Below, piece after piece: positions 23,056 through 37,429 of a DNA stretch of 64,000 bases. The DNA is from Eledone cirrhosa (Eukaryota), in the NCBI GenBank assembly GCA_964016885.1, contig OZ024764.1:25854001-25918000 (forward strand). Direction: 5' to 3'. Position 1 is the stretch's first letter. Each line of letters starts with the position of its first letter. The notes beneath the pieces were generated by a model that worked only from the letters and a program-made list of their open reading frames with translations, had not been told where the DNA came from and did no database searches. Position numbers and translations under genes: made by a program.

Positions 23056-25875
23056 CACACACACACACAGCCACATAGCCGCACACACACACACACACAC
23101 AGCCACATAGCCGCACACACACACACACACAGCCACATAGCTGCACACACACACACACAGCCACATAGCCGCACACAGCCACACACACAGCCACATAGCC
23201 GCACACACACACACACACAGCCACATAGCCGCACACACACACACACAGCCACATAGCCGCACACACACACACACACACAGCCACATAGCCGCACACACAC
23301 ACACACACAGCCACATAGCTGCACACACACACACACAGCCACATAGCCGCACACAGCCACACACACAGCCACATAGCCGCACACACACACACACACAGCC
23401 ACATAGCCGCACACACACACACACAGCCACATAGCCGCACACACACACACACACACAGCCACATAGCCGCACACACACACACACACAGCCACATAGCCGC
23501 ACACACACACACACACAGCCACATAGCCGCGCACACACACACACACAGCCACATAGCCGCACACACACACACACAGCCACATAGCCGCACACACATAGCT
23601 GCACACACACACACACAGCCACATAGCTGCACACACACACACAGCTACATAGCTGCACACACACACACACAGCCACATAGCTGCACACACACACACACAG
23701 CCACATAGCTGCACACACACACACACACACAGCCACATAGCCGCACACACACACACACAGCCACATAGCCGCACACACACACACACAGCCACATAGCCGC
23801 ACACACACACACACAGCCACATAGCTGCACACACACACACACAGCCACATAGCCGCACACACACACACAGCCACATAGCCGCACACAGCCACACACACAG
23901 CCACATAGCCGCACACACACACACACACACAGCCACATAGCCGCACACAGCCACACACAGCCACATAGCCGCACACACACACACACAGCCACATAGCTGC
24001 ACACACACACACACAGCCACATAGCCGCACACACACACACACAGCCACATAGCCGCACACACACACACACACACAGCCACATAGCCGCACACACACACAC
24101 ACACAGCCACATAGCCGCACACACACACACACACAGCCACATAGCCGCGCACACACACACACACAGCCACATAGCCGCACACACACACACACAGCCACAT
24201 AGCCGCACACACATAGCTGCACACACACACACACAGCCACATAGCTGCACACACACACACAGCTACATAGCTGCACACACACACACACAGCCACATAGCT
24301 GCACACACACACACACAGCCACATAGCTGCACACACACACACACACACAGCCACATAGCCGCACACACACACACACAGCCACATAGCCGCACACACACAC
24401 ACACAGCCACATAGCCGCACACACACACACACAGCCACATAGCTGCACACACACACACACAGCCACATAGCCGCACACACACACACAGCCACATAGCCGC
24501 ACACAGCCACACACACAGCCACATAGCCGCACACACACACACACACACAGCCACATAGCCGCACACAGCCACACACAGCCACATAGCCGCACACACACAC
24601 ACACAGCCACATAGCTGCACACACACACACACAGCCACATAGCCGCACACAGCCACACACACAGCCACATAGCTGCACACACACACACACAGCCACATAG
24701 CCGCACACACACACACAGCCACATAGCCGCACACACACACACACAGCCACATAGCCGCACACACACACACACAGCCACATAGCTGCACACACACACACAC
24801 AGCCACATAGCCGCACACACACACACACAGCCACATAGCCGCACACACACACACACAGCCACATAGCCGCACACAGCCACATAGCCGCACACACACACAC
24901 ACAGCCACATAGCCGCACACACACACACACAGCCACATAGCCGCACACACACACACACAGCCACATAGCCGCACACACACACACACAGCCACATAGCCGC
25001 ACACACACACACAGCCACATAGCCGCACACACACACACACAGCCACATAGCCGCACACACACACACACAGCCACATAGCTGCACACACACACACACAGCC
25101 ACATAGCTGCACACACACACACACAGCCACATAGCTGCACACACACACACACAGCCACATAGCCGCACACACACACAGCCACATAGCTGCACACACACAC
25201 ACACAGCCACATAGCTGCACACACACACACACAGCCACATAGCCGCACACACACACACACAACCACATAGCTGCACACACACACACACACACAGCTACAT
25301 AGCCACACACACAGCCACATAGCCGCACACAGCCACACACACACACACAGCCACATAGGTGCACACACACACACACACAACCACATAGCCGCACACACAC
25401 ACACACAGCCACATAGCCGCACACAGCCACACACACACACACAACCACATAGCCGCACACACACACACACAGCCACATAGCCGCACACACACACACACAG
25501 CCACATAGCTGCACACAGCCACACACACACAGCCACATAGCTGCACACACACACACACAGCTACATAGCCGCACACAGCCACACACACACACACAGCCAC
25601 ATAGCTGCACACACACACACACAGCCACATAGCTGCACACACACACACACAGCCACATAGCTGCACACAGCCACACACACAGCCACATAGCCGCACACAG
25701 CCACACACATAGCCGCACACAGCCACACACACACACTAAGCCACATAGCTGCACACACACACACACACAGCTACATAGCCGCACACAGCCACACACACAG
25801 CTACATAGCCGCACACAGCCACACACACACACACACACACACAGCGACACACACACACACAGCGACACACACACA
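23056..25875. repeat. Compound (CA)n-GCCACATAGC(C/T)G satellite filling DDO intron 8, with an internal duplication of about 618 bp
   Basis: Units of about 28 bp; rare variants recur 618 bp apart. Confidence 0.95.
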
Positions 25876-25898
25876 TCTGCCCTGACCATAAAACTTAC

Positions 25899-26016
25899 CT
25901 TTAGACTTGGGACCCGTGAGGTACATCTCTGCCAGATTGAGTTGCTTATGTCAGGGTCAACATGGGTGCTGTAATCCCCTTTAATACGGACACCTCCTAG
26001 GCTTGTACGGTTAGAG
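25899..26016 (-). CDS. DDO: D-aspartate oxidase, coding exon 8 (SNRTSLGGVRIKGDYSTHVDPDISNSIWQRCTSRVPSLK)
   Basis: LGGxR motif (the Arg is typical of DDO rather than DAO); CAG/GTAAGT splice sites; 118 nt. Confidence 0.95.
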
Positions 26017-26239
26017 CTGGGTGGGGAAAGACAAGGAAAGAATGACAACATACATAAGAGATGGATTTGGCTGCTATTTCTGCCACGTAGAGGTCTCCCT
26101 CTTACAGATGACAGCAGGGTGTGATTTGAGGGAGATTTGGCTGCTATTTCTACCAGGTCTAGCTACCATGTAGAGATCTTTCTCATACTTATGACAGTAA
26201 GGTGTGATTTGAAGGAGATTTGGCTGCTATTTCTAGCAT

Positions 26240-26820
26240 ATCTCATTGGCTCATACATACGGAAGGCATTTGAGTGTCACATGTTATCCCTCGACAACAT
26301 TTATGATTCTCCAAGTGTAGGAGCCCATCTATTGAGCAAGTCTGTCTGCGTTAGACAGATAAGATCTCCCTCATGATAATCAAAAACTCACACCAAGGGA
26401 AATTGCCCAGCAATACTGCAGGGAATCCATGGATGAAACACTGCAACAGAAGTCATGCATGGATATGTTAGCAGGAAACTCCAAAGTGAGAGAAATATGG
26501 ATAAGCAAAGTAGTATTTCCTGGACCAACAACTGCTATATTGGCTCCCACTTTGAAGGATATGCTTTTGCAATCCAAGAACAGGAAATTAACACAAAACA
26601 CCTGATCCACAAAAGAGAAGGGATGCAGGCAAAAGACCTAGATGTGAGAAGTGCAGAATTAACATCGAAGATGTCAGTCATAAGCAGCTGTCCAAAGATA
26701 TCATCAGGCTACTATCTACCTATGAGGCATGATATAGTGGCTAAAACATTCTACAACACAATACATAGAGAGGAGAGTCCTGGGAATAAAATATAAAAAG
26801 TTACAGGTGTGTGGAGGACA
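26240..26820 (+). mobile_element. Degraded fragment of the same R4/Dong-like family as 3750-6145
   Basis: MHGYVSRKLQSE..SHFEGYAFAIQEQEINTK..YYLPMRHDIVAK. Confidence 0.85.
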
Positions 26821-26875
26821 TGTTCACACAAACAACAACAACAGTAACAACAACAACAACAACTGCACTACTTAC

Positions 26876-26937
26876 TTGGGTATAATATAAGTGTCGTCGT
26901 CAAAATAATAAAAATGTTTCACCCATGGAGCCTCAAC
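26876..26937 (-). CDS. DDO: D-aspartate oxidase, coding exon 7 (VEAPWVKHFYYFDDDTYIIP)
   Basis: APW and TYIIP family motifs; tttcag/GTAAGT splice sites; 62 nt. Confidence 0.95.
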
Positions 26938-27527
26938 CTGAAATGAAAGGGTGGGGAGAGACATGTTAATGTCAGTTACAGACACACTCACATATATATA
27001 TATATAGTGCACATTTATACGGGAACAAAACAGAGAGGCAGACAAATAAGGGTTTATTAGGTTCACGCTTTTGAGAGTGGGGGTATACAGTTACAGACTC
27101 CCATATATATAGTAATAATAATAAATTTGAAGACTAAAACCCAAAGGATAAATATATATCAAATATATAAGAACCGTAGAGCAGATATGTATTAAAATAA
27201 CAGATTAAAGTTTAAGCAAAGAATCTCTAGCGGTCATGTTGGAGTCACGTCAAAAGGTACCCATTCAACACTAAAGTTGTCGTGTAGGAGTCTCATACTC
27301 AAACCACCAAAACTATCTTTTGTACATCATCCTTTAAAACCTCCATGCATCTTAAAATTCTCCAACACTACACCTGATATTCCCCCTCCATACACACACA
27401 CACACATGTATATCATGATTCATACACTGCTCACTTTCCTGACATGTGTACATTATTCTATGTTCTATACATGCGCCTTTGATGAGTTGTGAGTGCACCT
27501 GAGCACTGTACACAATAATTTCATTAT

Positions 27528-27594
<67 letters not shown>

Positions 27595-28339
27595 CACCGC
27601 CCCTTTCAATGTAAAGTTATGTTGGTCCCACAACATCCAGGCCGAAACAAATGAGATCGTGTAGGTGTCACGACAAAAAAAACACACAGTCCACGCTGTA
27701 AATGTGACCGTGTAGGCAACACGGTAAAAACCTCCCAGCCCCACACTGTAAATGTGGTTGGTGTTAGGAAGGGCATCCAGCTGTAGAAAACCCGCCAGAC
27801 AGTCCACGCTGTAATGTGGCCGTGTAGGCAACACGGTAAAAACCTCCCAGCCCCACACTGTAAATGTGGTTGGTGTTAGGAAGGGCATCCAACTGTAGAA
27901 AACCCGCCAGACAGTCCTATGCGAGCAAGACAACCACTCTTGCCTCAAGTGGGAAAATCCCCGTCCAAACCCATGCAAGCGTGGAACACGGACGCTAAAC
28001 CTGATGATGATGATGATGATATATATATAATTATATATATATTATATATATATATATATAAACAGGTCTGTTTTTATCATTTATTTTGTTTGACCTGTTT
28101 AGCTTGATTTGTTTTTTGGCTTAGGTGGTTAATGCCTTCTTGACCACTTTTTCAGTTTGTATGGCGTTTTAACTTATTGTTTAGCTCTCTTTTTTAACTA
28201 TGGAGCGCTGAATATATATATATATATATATTAAGTGTATATAATAATTAATATTCTTCAGTCTGGCTAACTTTCTTTTGCAATATAAATACAGATATGT
28301 TGGTATCTGTTTCATCATATATATTACTCATATATATTA

Positions 28340-28376
<37 letters not shown>

Positions 28377-28415
28377 GATATTAATAAATGGAAACTATAT
28401 TTATAAAACCATATT

Positions 28416-28480
28416 TATTTCATTATACATATTTCAGGGATACCACATTAAATTATGGTGTGCCTTCATCAGAAAAAATA
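28416..28480 (-). ncRNA. Minimal type I hammerhead ribozyme motif (Penelope-associated repeat)
   Basis: tattttttCTGATGA-stem II-GAAA tatgta TA atgaaata. Confidence 0.5.
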
Positions 28481-28564
28481 CAATATATAACAGTTTTACA
28501 AATAGCTTTGACGTACCCTTTTAAAATACAACCATTACTTTTGGAGGGTGTCCAAAAGTAAGAT

Positions 28565-28890
28565 GGAGGCACATGGCTTAGTGGTTAGAGCATTGGCCTT
28601 GCAATCGAAAGGTTGTGAGTTCAATTCTCAGACCGGGTGATGTGTTGTTTCCTTGAGCAAGACACTTTATTTCACATTGCTCCAGTTTACTCAGCTGTAG
28701 AAATGAGATGATAGGGACTGGGGTCCCTATCATTGCACTGCAAAGTGGTCGTGGAGGTGCCACGGCAAAAAAGCACCCAGCACTCACTGTAAATGAGGTT
28801 GGTGTTAGGAAGGGCATCCAGCTGTAGAAATCAAGCCAGAATCAGTTCCCGTCCCACCCTTGCAAGCAGGGAAAAGCGGACGTAAAATGA
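28565..28890 (+). mobile_element. tRNA-derived SINE (same family as 6185-6560)
   Basis: A and B boxes, near identity to the first copy. Confidence 0.8.
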
Positions 28891-28974
28891 AATGATGATG
28901 ATGAATGATGATATATATGTCGCTCCATTGCAAGCAGGGAAAAGTGGACGTAAAATGATGATATATATTAAAAT

Positions 28975-29375
28975 AATGGTTTCTTATATAGGCAGAAGGC
29001 CAGTCATTTAGGGGGAGAGAGAAGTTGATTAAATCGACCCAGTGCGTGACTGGTACTTTATTTTATCAACCCCGTAAGGAATGAAAGGCAAAGTTAACCT
29101 CAGCGGGATTCAAACAACTCAGACCATAAAGGGCCGTAACTCTATGCTGCAAAGCATGGCATCCAACCCTCTACCAATACTGCCAATCTACTGCCCTGGC
29201 ATGGCATCCGACCCTCTACCAATACTGCCAATCTACCACCCTAGCATGGCATCTGACCCTCTACCAATACTGCCAATCCACTGCCCTAGCATGGCGTCCG
29301 ACCCTCTACCAATACTGCCAACCTACTGCCCTAGCATGGCGTCCGACCCTCTACCAATACTGCCAATCCACCTCC
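28975..29375 (-). mobile_element. tRNA-SINE of a second family with internal 45-bp tandem expansion (29133-29372)
   Basis: Core TTTGCCTTTCATCCTTACGGGGTCGATAAAATAAAGTACCAG is shared with copies at about 36405-36600, 40480-40640, 51285-51590, 54290-54490 and 54735-54910. Confidence 0.75.
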
Positions 29376-29613
29376 CTTATATATATAATATATAATAACA
29401 TTAAGAAAGATGGTGATGTTACAAAAATTGTTTATTCATTATAATTATTTCCACGGTTCTCCCATGCAATCAAGATGTAATTCATGCATTTGTTGTTGTT
29501 ATGAAATTCGATCTTGTGATACGCCACCAGCAGAAAAATCACGTCCTTTTGCTTGTGTGCCCGGCAGACATATGTTGAGTTCTTGAATTGAATTACATCA
29601 ATATTTACCGTAC

Positions 29614-29647
<34 letters not shown>

Positions 29648-29764
29648 AAAAACGAAAAATCAGTGATGCATCGGAACTCAATTTATTGTGCTCTGTAGGA
29701 GCATAGAGTGCTCAACTGGCATACCGCCTATGAAAGCATCTTAGCTACCATTAGACATATATAT

Positions 29765-30577
29765 ACTAGCAGCAGGACCTGGCGTTGCACTGGGTAGGAA
29801 ACGTGAAATAGCAACACGCATATGCAAAGATTGAGGAATGTAGCTGCGTACCTTTTGAATTCCCTTATTCTCAGGGAATGATTGTTCATCTACTGGAAAC
29901 GTAGAACACCAGCAGGCTGAATCCAGTAGTAGCGGTGTCAAGGGGCTGATTGCGGAAATCCTGTATACGAAAGGAGTAAGTATTGTGGGGCGGTGTATGT
30001 CGTAAGTCTGTTCACAAATTACGTGACGGATGGGGAACACACGTCAGTCTGACGGAGTAACGTAGTCAATTGTGTGAAAACCAAGTAGGGCTGAACGTTT
30101 AAGTAGGGATATTGAGATGACGGAATCAGCGAGGCATTGCAGCTGCAGCAGAAGGGGTCATAGTGCAATTAGCACAACCGCTGTTCAGCGTACTTGTGCA
30201 GGGCATTCATACTGCGGTGTAGGTGCAACAAAAGGGGTCTTAGTAGAAGTAACACAGAAGTGAGTTTTACAGTGTCAATAACACGGCAAGAAACACAGGC
30301 CCCGAATTTGCGCGTGATGAAAGCACGAAGCGCCGACAAAAATTTTAAGGTCCTCCTCATTTCCTCAATCCCCCGAAAATGGTCATGCTTAAAAGTAAGT
30401 AAGTGTTGTGTCCTCTGTTAAATAAACCAAATTTTTTACGCCATATTATAAGCTACTTACGATGTTTAAGTAGCGAATATAAGTAACGCATGTGTAAAGT
30501 TTGAAAAAAAATCGATCGGGTACTTCTCACGTTTTAGGGATTTACACAGACAGACAGACATCCTCTGTTTTAGATAT
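29765..30577 (+). mobile_element. Non-autonomous Helitron/Helentron-like element
   Basis: Starts ACTAGC..CCTGGCGTTGCACTGGG and ends CAGACAGACAGAC..TTTTAGATATATA. Similar termini occur at 38417-39165. Confidence 0.5.
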
Positions 30578-30749
30578 ATACAAGCAGAATGGCCCGGCGT
30601 TGTTCGGGATTTGCTCTAGGGTTCTTATATATTTGATATATATTTATCCTTATCGAGCCTCGTGAAATAAATACGCTTGTTTATATTTTGTTATTGTGTA
30701 TGCAAAAATATCTGTACACGAATATATAATTATATATATATATATATAT

Positions 30750-31028
30750 ATCTAAAACAGAATGTCTGTCTGTCAGCTCACTAAAAGTTGAGAACCACCC
30801 AACCGATTGTTTTCAAACTTTACACATGTAATACTTATGGCCCTGTGAGTGTTTTGAGCAAAAGATATTTCAAATGTACAATGCCCTAGGGACCGCATTA
30901 GGCGATTTAGCGATCTCTCTCTATAATTCTTAGTCATTCTTTTTAGATAGATACATAGATATAACGTTGCGCCCTTATAATATATGTCTGTATGTCTGGC
31001 TGTCTGCATTACGTCATTATGACGCGAT

Positions 31029-31068
<40 letters not shown>

Positions 31069-31505
31069 CGTAATGCAGACAGCAAGACATTTAGCTTCCC
31101 TTCCCCTCTTCCAGCGTCTCTCTCTCTCTCTCTCTTTCCCGCTATCCCCCTCTTTTACTCTGTCTGTTTCTTTCACTTTCACTCTTTCTCTCTATAACTC
31201 ACTCACATTTCTCCCCTCTATCGAAAAACGCTGTGATGAATGGGGAGAAGGAGGAGGAGTAGAGAGCCACTTCTTCACTTCACCTCTCCGTTTCTTTCTC
31301 TCTCCCCTCTCACTCCCTCATTATGTACAGACATTGGCCACTTCACTAATTCGGTCCCTAGGTCAGAATAATTTGAAATTTTTTTTTTTGCTCAAAACAC
31401 TTCCGGGGCCATACGGGTTACATGTGTAAAGTTTGAAAAAAAACGGTTGGGTACCTCTCGAGTTTTAGGGAAACAGACACACAGACAGACATCCTCTGTT
31501 TTATA
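30750..31505. mobile_element. Fold-back element with imperfect inverted arms of about 140 bp, related to the Helitron-like 3' end
   Basis: 30750-30900 is roughly the reverse complement of 31345-31505. Confidence 0.6.
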
Positions 31506-31534
31506 TATATATATATATGTATCTATCTATCTAT

Positions 31535-31971
31535 CTAAGGCGGGTAAAATTCCAGAGATCCATGGACGAGTTCTCTCCAGCGGTCTCTGTCCCTCATTAT
31601 CGCTGCCATATCCTGCATCTCCAACAGACCAGTGTCTGTCCTTAGGGCATCAACATATGTTAACCTTGGTCTTCCTCTTCCAGTGTGTCCATGTAGGGGC
31701 TCCCAAAGGAGCACTGAGTGCAATGTCAACTCTGGATGTCGGTGTAGTGGAGTCTGTGCTGCTGTATGGGTCTGAGACTTGGACACTGACCAGGAAACTC
31801 ACCCAGATGGTGGATGGGTGCTACACGAGAATGCTGAGGATGGCTCTGAACATTAATCAGTATACACTGAGGATGAAAAATTCAGAGCTGTATGGGAGCA
31901 TCCCAAAAGTCAGCTCAAAAGTGACACAGAGGAGACTGAGGTTGGCTGGACATGCTCACCGACATCCAGAG
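31535..31971 (-). mobile_element. RTE-clade LINE 3' fragment with a 5' inversion
   Basis: Plus strand 31743-31971 encodes ESVLLYGSETW..RLRLAGHAHRHPE. Minus strand 31744-31535 continues RHPELTLHSVLLWEP..GRGRPRLTYVD..DRDRWR. Confidence 0.85.
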
Positions 31972-32070
31972 ATATATGTATATATAGGTAAATATTGATG
32001 TAATTCAATTCAAGAGCTCAACGTACATTTATCACATAGGAATGATACAATATTTTTAGAATTGTAAGAA

Positions 32071-32139
32071 GCTGTCTGATGAGATCACAGCACTGCGGAG
32101 TCGCGGGCCCACTGCCATCATCGAAATAGGTATCACGGC
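32071..32139 (+). ncRNA. Type I hammerhead ribozyme motif
   Basis: gctgt CTGATGA gat..atc GAAA taggta TC acggc. Confidence 0.55.
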
Positions 32140-32562
32140 CTTATCACTAAAGGACTTTAACATCTATATATATATATACGTATCTCCCCGGGTTCAATCG
32201 GGGGTAACCACAGTAAGTAAGGTACTCAATACATAGCAGAGTAAAAATATTTAATATAGAAATGGCTGAAACAGTTCTAGTCCTGTAGAAGCCATTTCTA
32301 TATTAAATATACATATATATACAAACAAATAGAGTGTGGTAAGATACCAGGTGGACCATAACACACCAGAGTACTCAATTGATTTTCAGATCTAATTGGA
32401 CCCTCATAGAAGTTGCTAGTCTTTATCTCTGAATGAAATCTGATAAACTCAGGCTGACAGTTGGTGGGAATCCCACCATCTAATCATCGACACCAGCGAT
32501 AGATAAACAAATTTAGGAAAAATGTTCAGATGACGTTTCTATTATTTACTGTACTGTATATA

Positions 32563-32703
<141 letters not shown>

Positions 32704-32734
32704 AAAACCTCGCAAAACAAATATATATAAACTT

Positions 32735-32766
<32 letters not shown>

Positions 32767-32818
32767 CATTTTTGTATATATATATATATATAAATTCATA
32801 TAATATACATATATATAA

Positions 32819-32867
<49 letters not shown>

Positions 32868-33582
32868 TATATACATATATATAACTTATTAAAATAATAC
32901 ATATTTATTTTGTCATATTATTCTCGTCATATTGCTTAAGTAAATATTTAAAGTATTTTAATAAGACATGTGGCCAATAGACAATATAGTGTCTCGATTA
33001 TTGTAGGTTAGTTAGTAAGTAACTCACTCACACACAACACACACTCACACACATACACACACACACACTCACACATACACTCACACTCACACACGCATAT
33101 ACAAACATATAATTACCTGACATATATTGTGGAAGACATTGAAACTTGACAAACACCTTCGTCAACTTATTACTATATATATATATCATAAAAGCTCACC
33201 TTACCCAGTTGTACCTTCTCAAAGGTGATGACATAGGTCTGAGATCTCTGGCGTTACGCAGTAATACAGAAGACCCGACTTCCTAAGGGTACAAGCTTAA
33301 GCTGAAGCATATAGACAATATGTCCCTACCCACTTCCACTGTAAAATGGTCGATGGAGGTGCCACAGAAAAAAAAGCACCCAGCACTCACTGTAAATGAG
33401 GTTGGTGTTAGGAAGGGCATCCAGCTGTAGAAATCAAGCTAGAATCAGTTCTGTATCAGCAAGACATGGTCACCTGACCTGGCATTGCCCACAACAGGAT
33501 AACTTGTCCAACCCATGATAGCGTGGAAGAATGGATGTAAAATGGTGATAATGATATCATCATCAACATCATCATCACCGTT

Positions 33583-34150
33583 TTACATCCACTTTTCCCT
33601 GCTTGCAAGGGTGGGACAGGTCCTATTCAGCACAGCATCTCTCCACTTGTCATAGTCCTCTGTCATCTCCTCCGTGAGTTTCAGTGATCTGAGGTCTGTT
33701 CTCACCACCTCCACCCATATTTTTCGTGGTCTTCCTCTACTGTGTCTTCCTTCTACTGGGATTTCTTGGCACTTCTTTACCCAGCGGTCATCCTCTATGT
33801 GCATCACATGTCCATACCAACGCAGTCTTCTCTCCCGCACACTACAACTTATCCCTCTTATACAGTTTCTCTCTCAACTCATCTATGCTTGGTTGTTCAC
33901 GCACATTGGCATTGCACATGAAACAGAGCATGCTTGCTTCATTTCTCTCCAAATCATCATCCTCTCTATATTGTATTATCATCTTCATCATTTTACGTCC
34001 ACTTTTCTCTGCTTGCAAGGGTGGGACGGGTCCTATTCAGCACAGCATCTCTCCACTTGTCACAGTCCTTTGTCATCTCCTCCATGAGCTTCAACTAGCT
34101 GAGGTCAGCTCTCACCACCTCCGCCCATGTTTTTTGTGGTATTCCTTCTA
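33583..34150 (-). mobile_element. Two RTE-clade LINE 3' fragments
   Basis: RERRLRWYGHVMH..GRPRKIW..; second tail at 33990-34150. Confidence 0.8.
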
Positions 34151-34153
34151 CTA

Positions 34154-34223
<70 letters not shown>

Positions 34224-34516
34224 TTCCTTCCTTCCTGTTTACACAACTTGCTTCTACCATATCGTGTCCTGTTCTCAGTTTTAAGATCTTTTTTTATTCG
34301 TATTTGTTAACATACTTCGTATGCTGTCCCAATCTAAAGACACTCACTAGTTGTCTCCCCTGTCACATCTTTCCAGTGGATTGTTCAAGCTGTTGTGCAA
34401 CCTGGGCTCGATATATGCATACCAGCCTTAAGCACAAAATTACATTCCCCAGGAAGTGGATGGTGAGGAAGATGTGTTGGTGGCCTTGTTTCATTTCTGT
34501 ATGGATCTTTGCTATT

Positions 34517-34558
<42 letters not shown>

Positions 34559-34847
34559 TGTGTGTGAAAGGGAGGATGAAGAGGAAGTTTCAAATGAAAT
34601 GACATTTACACACAAAAGTTTGGAATATTTAAAAATTGATTGGTGGGAGATAGACATACAGACACACACATATACACATACACACACACATACACACACA
34701 CACACACACACATACATACACACACATACATACACACACACATACACACACACACATACACACACACATACACGCACACATACACACACACTCATATATA
34801 CACACATACATACACATACATACACACACATATATATATATACACAT

Positions 34848-34884
<37 letters not shown>

Positions 34885-34893
34885 CACACACAC

Positions 34894-34938
<45 letters not shown>

Positions 34939-35019
34939 TACATATATATATATACACACACACACACACACCCATACACCCATACACAGACATACACACA
35001 TACACACATATATACACAT

Positions 35020-35050
<31 letters not shown>

Positions 35051-35688
35051 CATACACACACACACATGCACACATATATATATATACATACACACACATA
35101 CACATACACACATATATATATATATATATATATACACATACACCACACACACACATATATATATATATATACACATACACATACACACACATATATATAT
35201 ATATATATACACACATACACCACACACACACATATATATATAGAGAGAGAGATATATACATTCATATATATGTGTGTGTGCTGGTGTGTGTGTGTGGATA
35301 GTATGTAGTGTGTATGTATGTATATATATATGTATGTGTGTGTGCTGTGTGTATATAGTACATGGTGTGTATATGTATATGTGTGTTCTGTGTATATAGT
35401 ATGTATATATGTATGTGTGCCCCCCCCCCCCCCACAGGTTTACTATCAAGGACTTGAGCAAAAGGTTATTCAGCTTAAAATATTGAGGTCAACTGAAGCA
35501 GACACATCCCCTCCACCACCATCTCCTCCATCCCCATTCTCATCATCATCAACATCATCACTATTCTCCCCACCATCACCAGCATCATCATCACCATCAT
35601 CATCATCATCACTGCCGCCACCACCACCACCACGATGGTGATGGCGATTATGATGGTGATGATGTCCAGTGATTATTAACTGACCTAC

Positions 35689-35790
35689 CTGTATTAACTG
35701 ACCCTTCACAGGGTACATGCTGGGGTCAGGCACAAGATCTTTAGCTCCCAGACCAGAACAGTTGACCACAAGATCATAGACACCGACCAG
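35689..35790 (-). CDS. DDO: D-aspartate oxidase, coding exon 6 (LVGVYDLVVNCSGLGAKDLVPDPSMYPVKGQLIQ)
   Basis: VVNCSGLG and PVKGQ motifs; ttttag/GTAGGT splice sites; 102 nt. Confidence 0.95.
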
Positions 35791-35902
35791 CTAAAATGCA
35801 TCGGAGGTCAGAGGTCGAATATTGGAGGTCAAACATGGAAGAGAAAGGAAATATAGTTTATAGTCATGTAATACTAATAATAATAATAATAATAATAATA
35901 AT

Positions 35903-36410
35903 TCTGAGAAGTGGTATGAGGATAAGCCAGAGTCGGTGATAGAAAAGGATCAGGTGAAGGTGCTGTGGGATTTTAGGATACAGACGGACAAGAAACTGGA
36001 ACACAATAGGCCTGACCTGGTGGTTTTGGACAAGGAAAAAAATCGTACCTGATTGCAGATGTGGGCTGCCCATTCGACACGAGAGTGCAAGAGAAGGAGA
36101 GGGAGAAAATTAACCGATACCAGGACCTAAAGTGGGAGGTAAAAAGGATTTGGAACTGCCATGAAGTCAAAGTGGTCCCGATTGTCATAGGAGCACTAGG
36201 TACTATTTCAAAGGTTTCCAGGGATGGTTAAAGAAAATTGGTCCCGCCCCGCTTTTTGGAACACTTCAAATGTCATGCTTGCTGGGAACAGCAAGAACCC
36301 TCAGATACGTCCTGAATATCTGAGGCTGCAGGTAGTGGCTTGATATTCATTTCAACAAACTTTCCAGTTAACTAACATCAATGACTGAGACTCAAAGAAC
36401 AATAATAATT
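35903..36410 (+). mobile_element. RLE-type LINE 3' fragment (endonuclease domain)
   Basis: LEHNRPDLVVLDK..ADVGCPFD..EKINRYQDLKWEVKRIW..VVPIVIGALG. Confidence 0.8.
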
Positions 36411-37125
36411 GTTTCTACTTTAGGCAAGGCCAGCAATTACCCAGTGCATTACTGGTACTTTATTTTATCGACCCCGTAAGGATGAAAGGCAAAGTCAACC
36501 TCGGCGGGATTTGAACTCAGATCGTAAAGGGACGTAACTATGCTGGAAAGCATGGCGTCCGACCCTCTACTGATACTGCCAATCCACCGCCCTAAAGAAC
36601 AATAATAATAATTGTTTTTACGTTAGGCACAAGGCCAGCAACTACCCAGTCCATTATTGTACCCTAAAGAACAATAATAATAATAATGATTTCTTTATTA
36701 ACCACAAGGGTTGACATAAAGTATAACGTTAAGGATAGCACAGGACGGTAGAGGATGGTAGAGGATGTTAGAAGACAGCTGGCTGGTTAAAAAACCTAGT
36801 CACTGAGGAGGTCACAGAATGCGTGACAAAAGAGCTTTGACAATATATAAACAACTTTCCGGTTATCGAATCAACCAACAGGAAATTTAAAATAAATTGA
36901 AGTGAAAACCAACAGGTGTGTGTGTGTTTGTTGTCAGCTTGACCCTCCCAAAGTATAACTATATCTGTTTCAACACATGTTTTCAGATGAGAAATCTTGC
37001 AAAACAAATACAAAACGGAATTTTATATATATATATATATAGAGAGAGAGAGATATAGATATATATATATATGTGATAAAATGGGGAGAAAAATATATTT
37101 ATGGGACATGGGGGAGAGAACTCAC

Positions 37126-37180
37126 CTCTTCTAAACTGTTCAATTTACGATGTTTTAGATTACCTCCCATTAATAGGAAT
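37126..37180 (-). CDS. DDO: D-aspartate oxidase, coding exon 5 (FLLMGGNLKHRKLNSLEE)
   Basis: tttcag/GTGAGT splice sites; 55 nt; phases fit neighbouring exons. Confidence 0.9.
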
Positions 37181-37429
37181 CTGAAATAGAAAGACACTGT
37201 CTGTATATATATATATGATTTCTCACGAATGAAACTGTTCTAGTCCTGTAGAAGCTCTTCTATATTAAATATATATATATTTAGTTAAATCTTAGACGGG
37301 AACAAAAACAGAGAGGCAGTACAAATATGAGTTTATTAGGTTCACGCTTTTTAGAGGTGGGGTGGTGGTGATATATACATACACACACACAAATATATAT
37401 ATACACACACATAAATATATATACACACA

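Noticed and set aside
22666-26051. 962-aa and 998-aa Cys/Val-rich ORFs
   Set aside because: Read-through of an intronic (CA)n compound satellite; only the embedded DDO exons 8 and 9 are coding.
35318-35641. Pro/Ser-rich and Gly/Asp-rich ORFs (also 40128-40365)
   Set aside because: Trinucleotide microsatellites flanking DDO exons 6 and 3.
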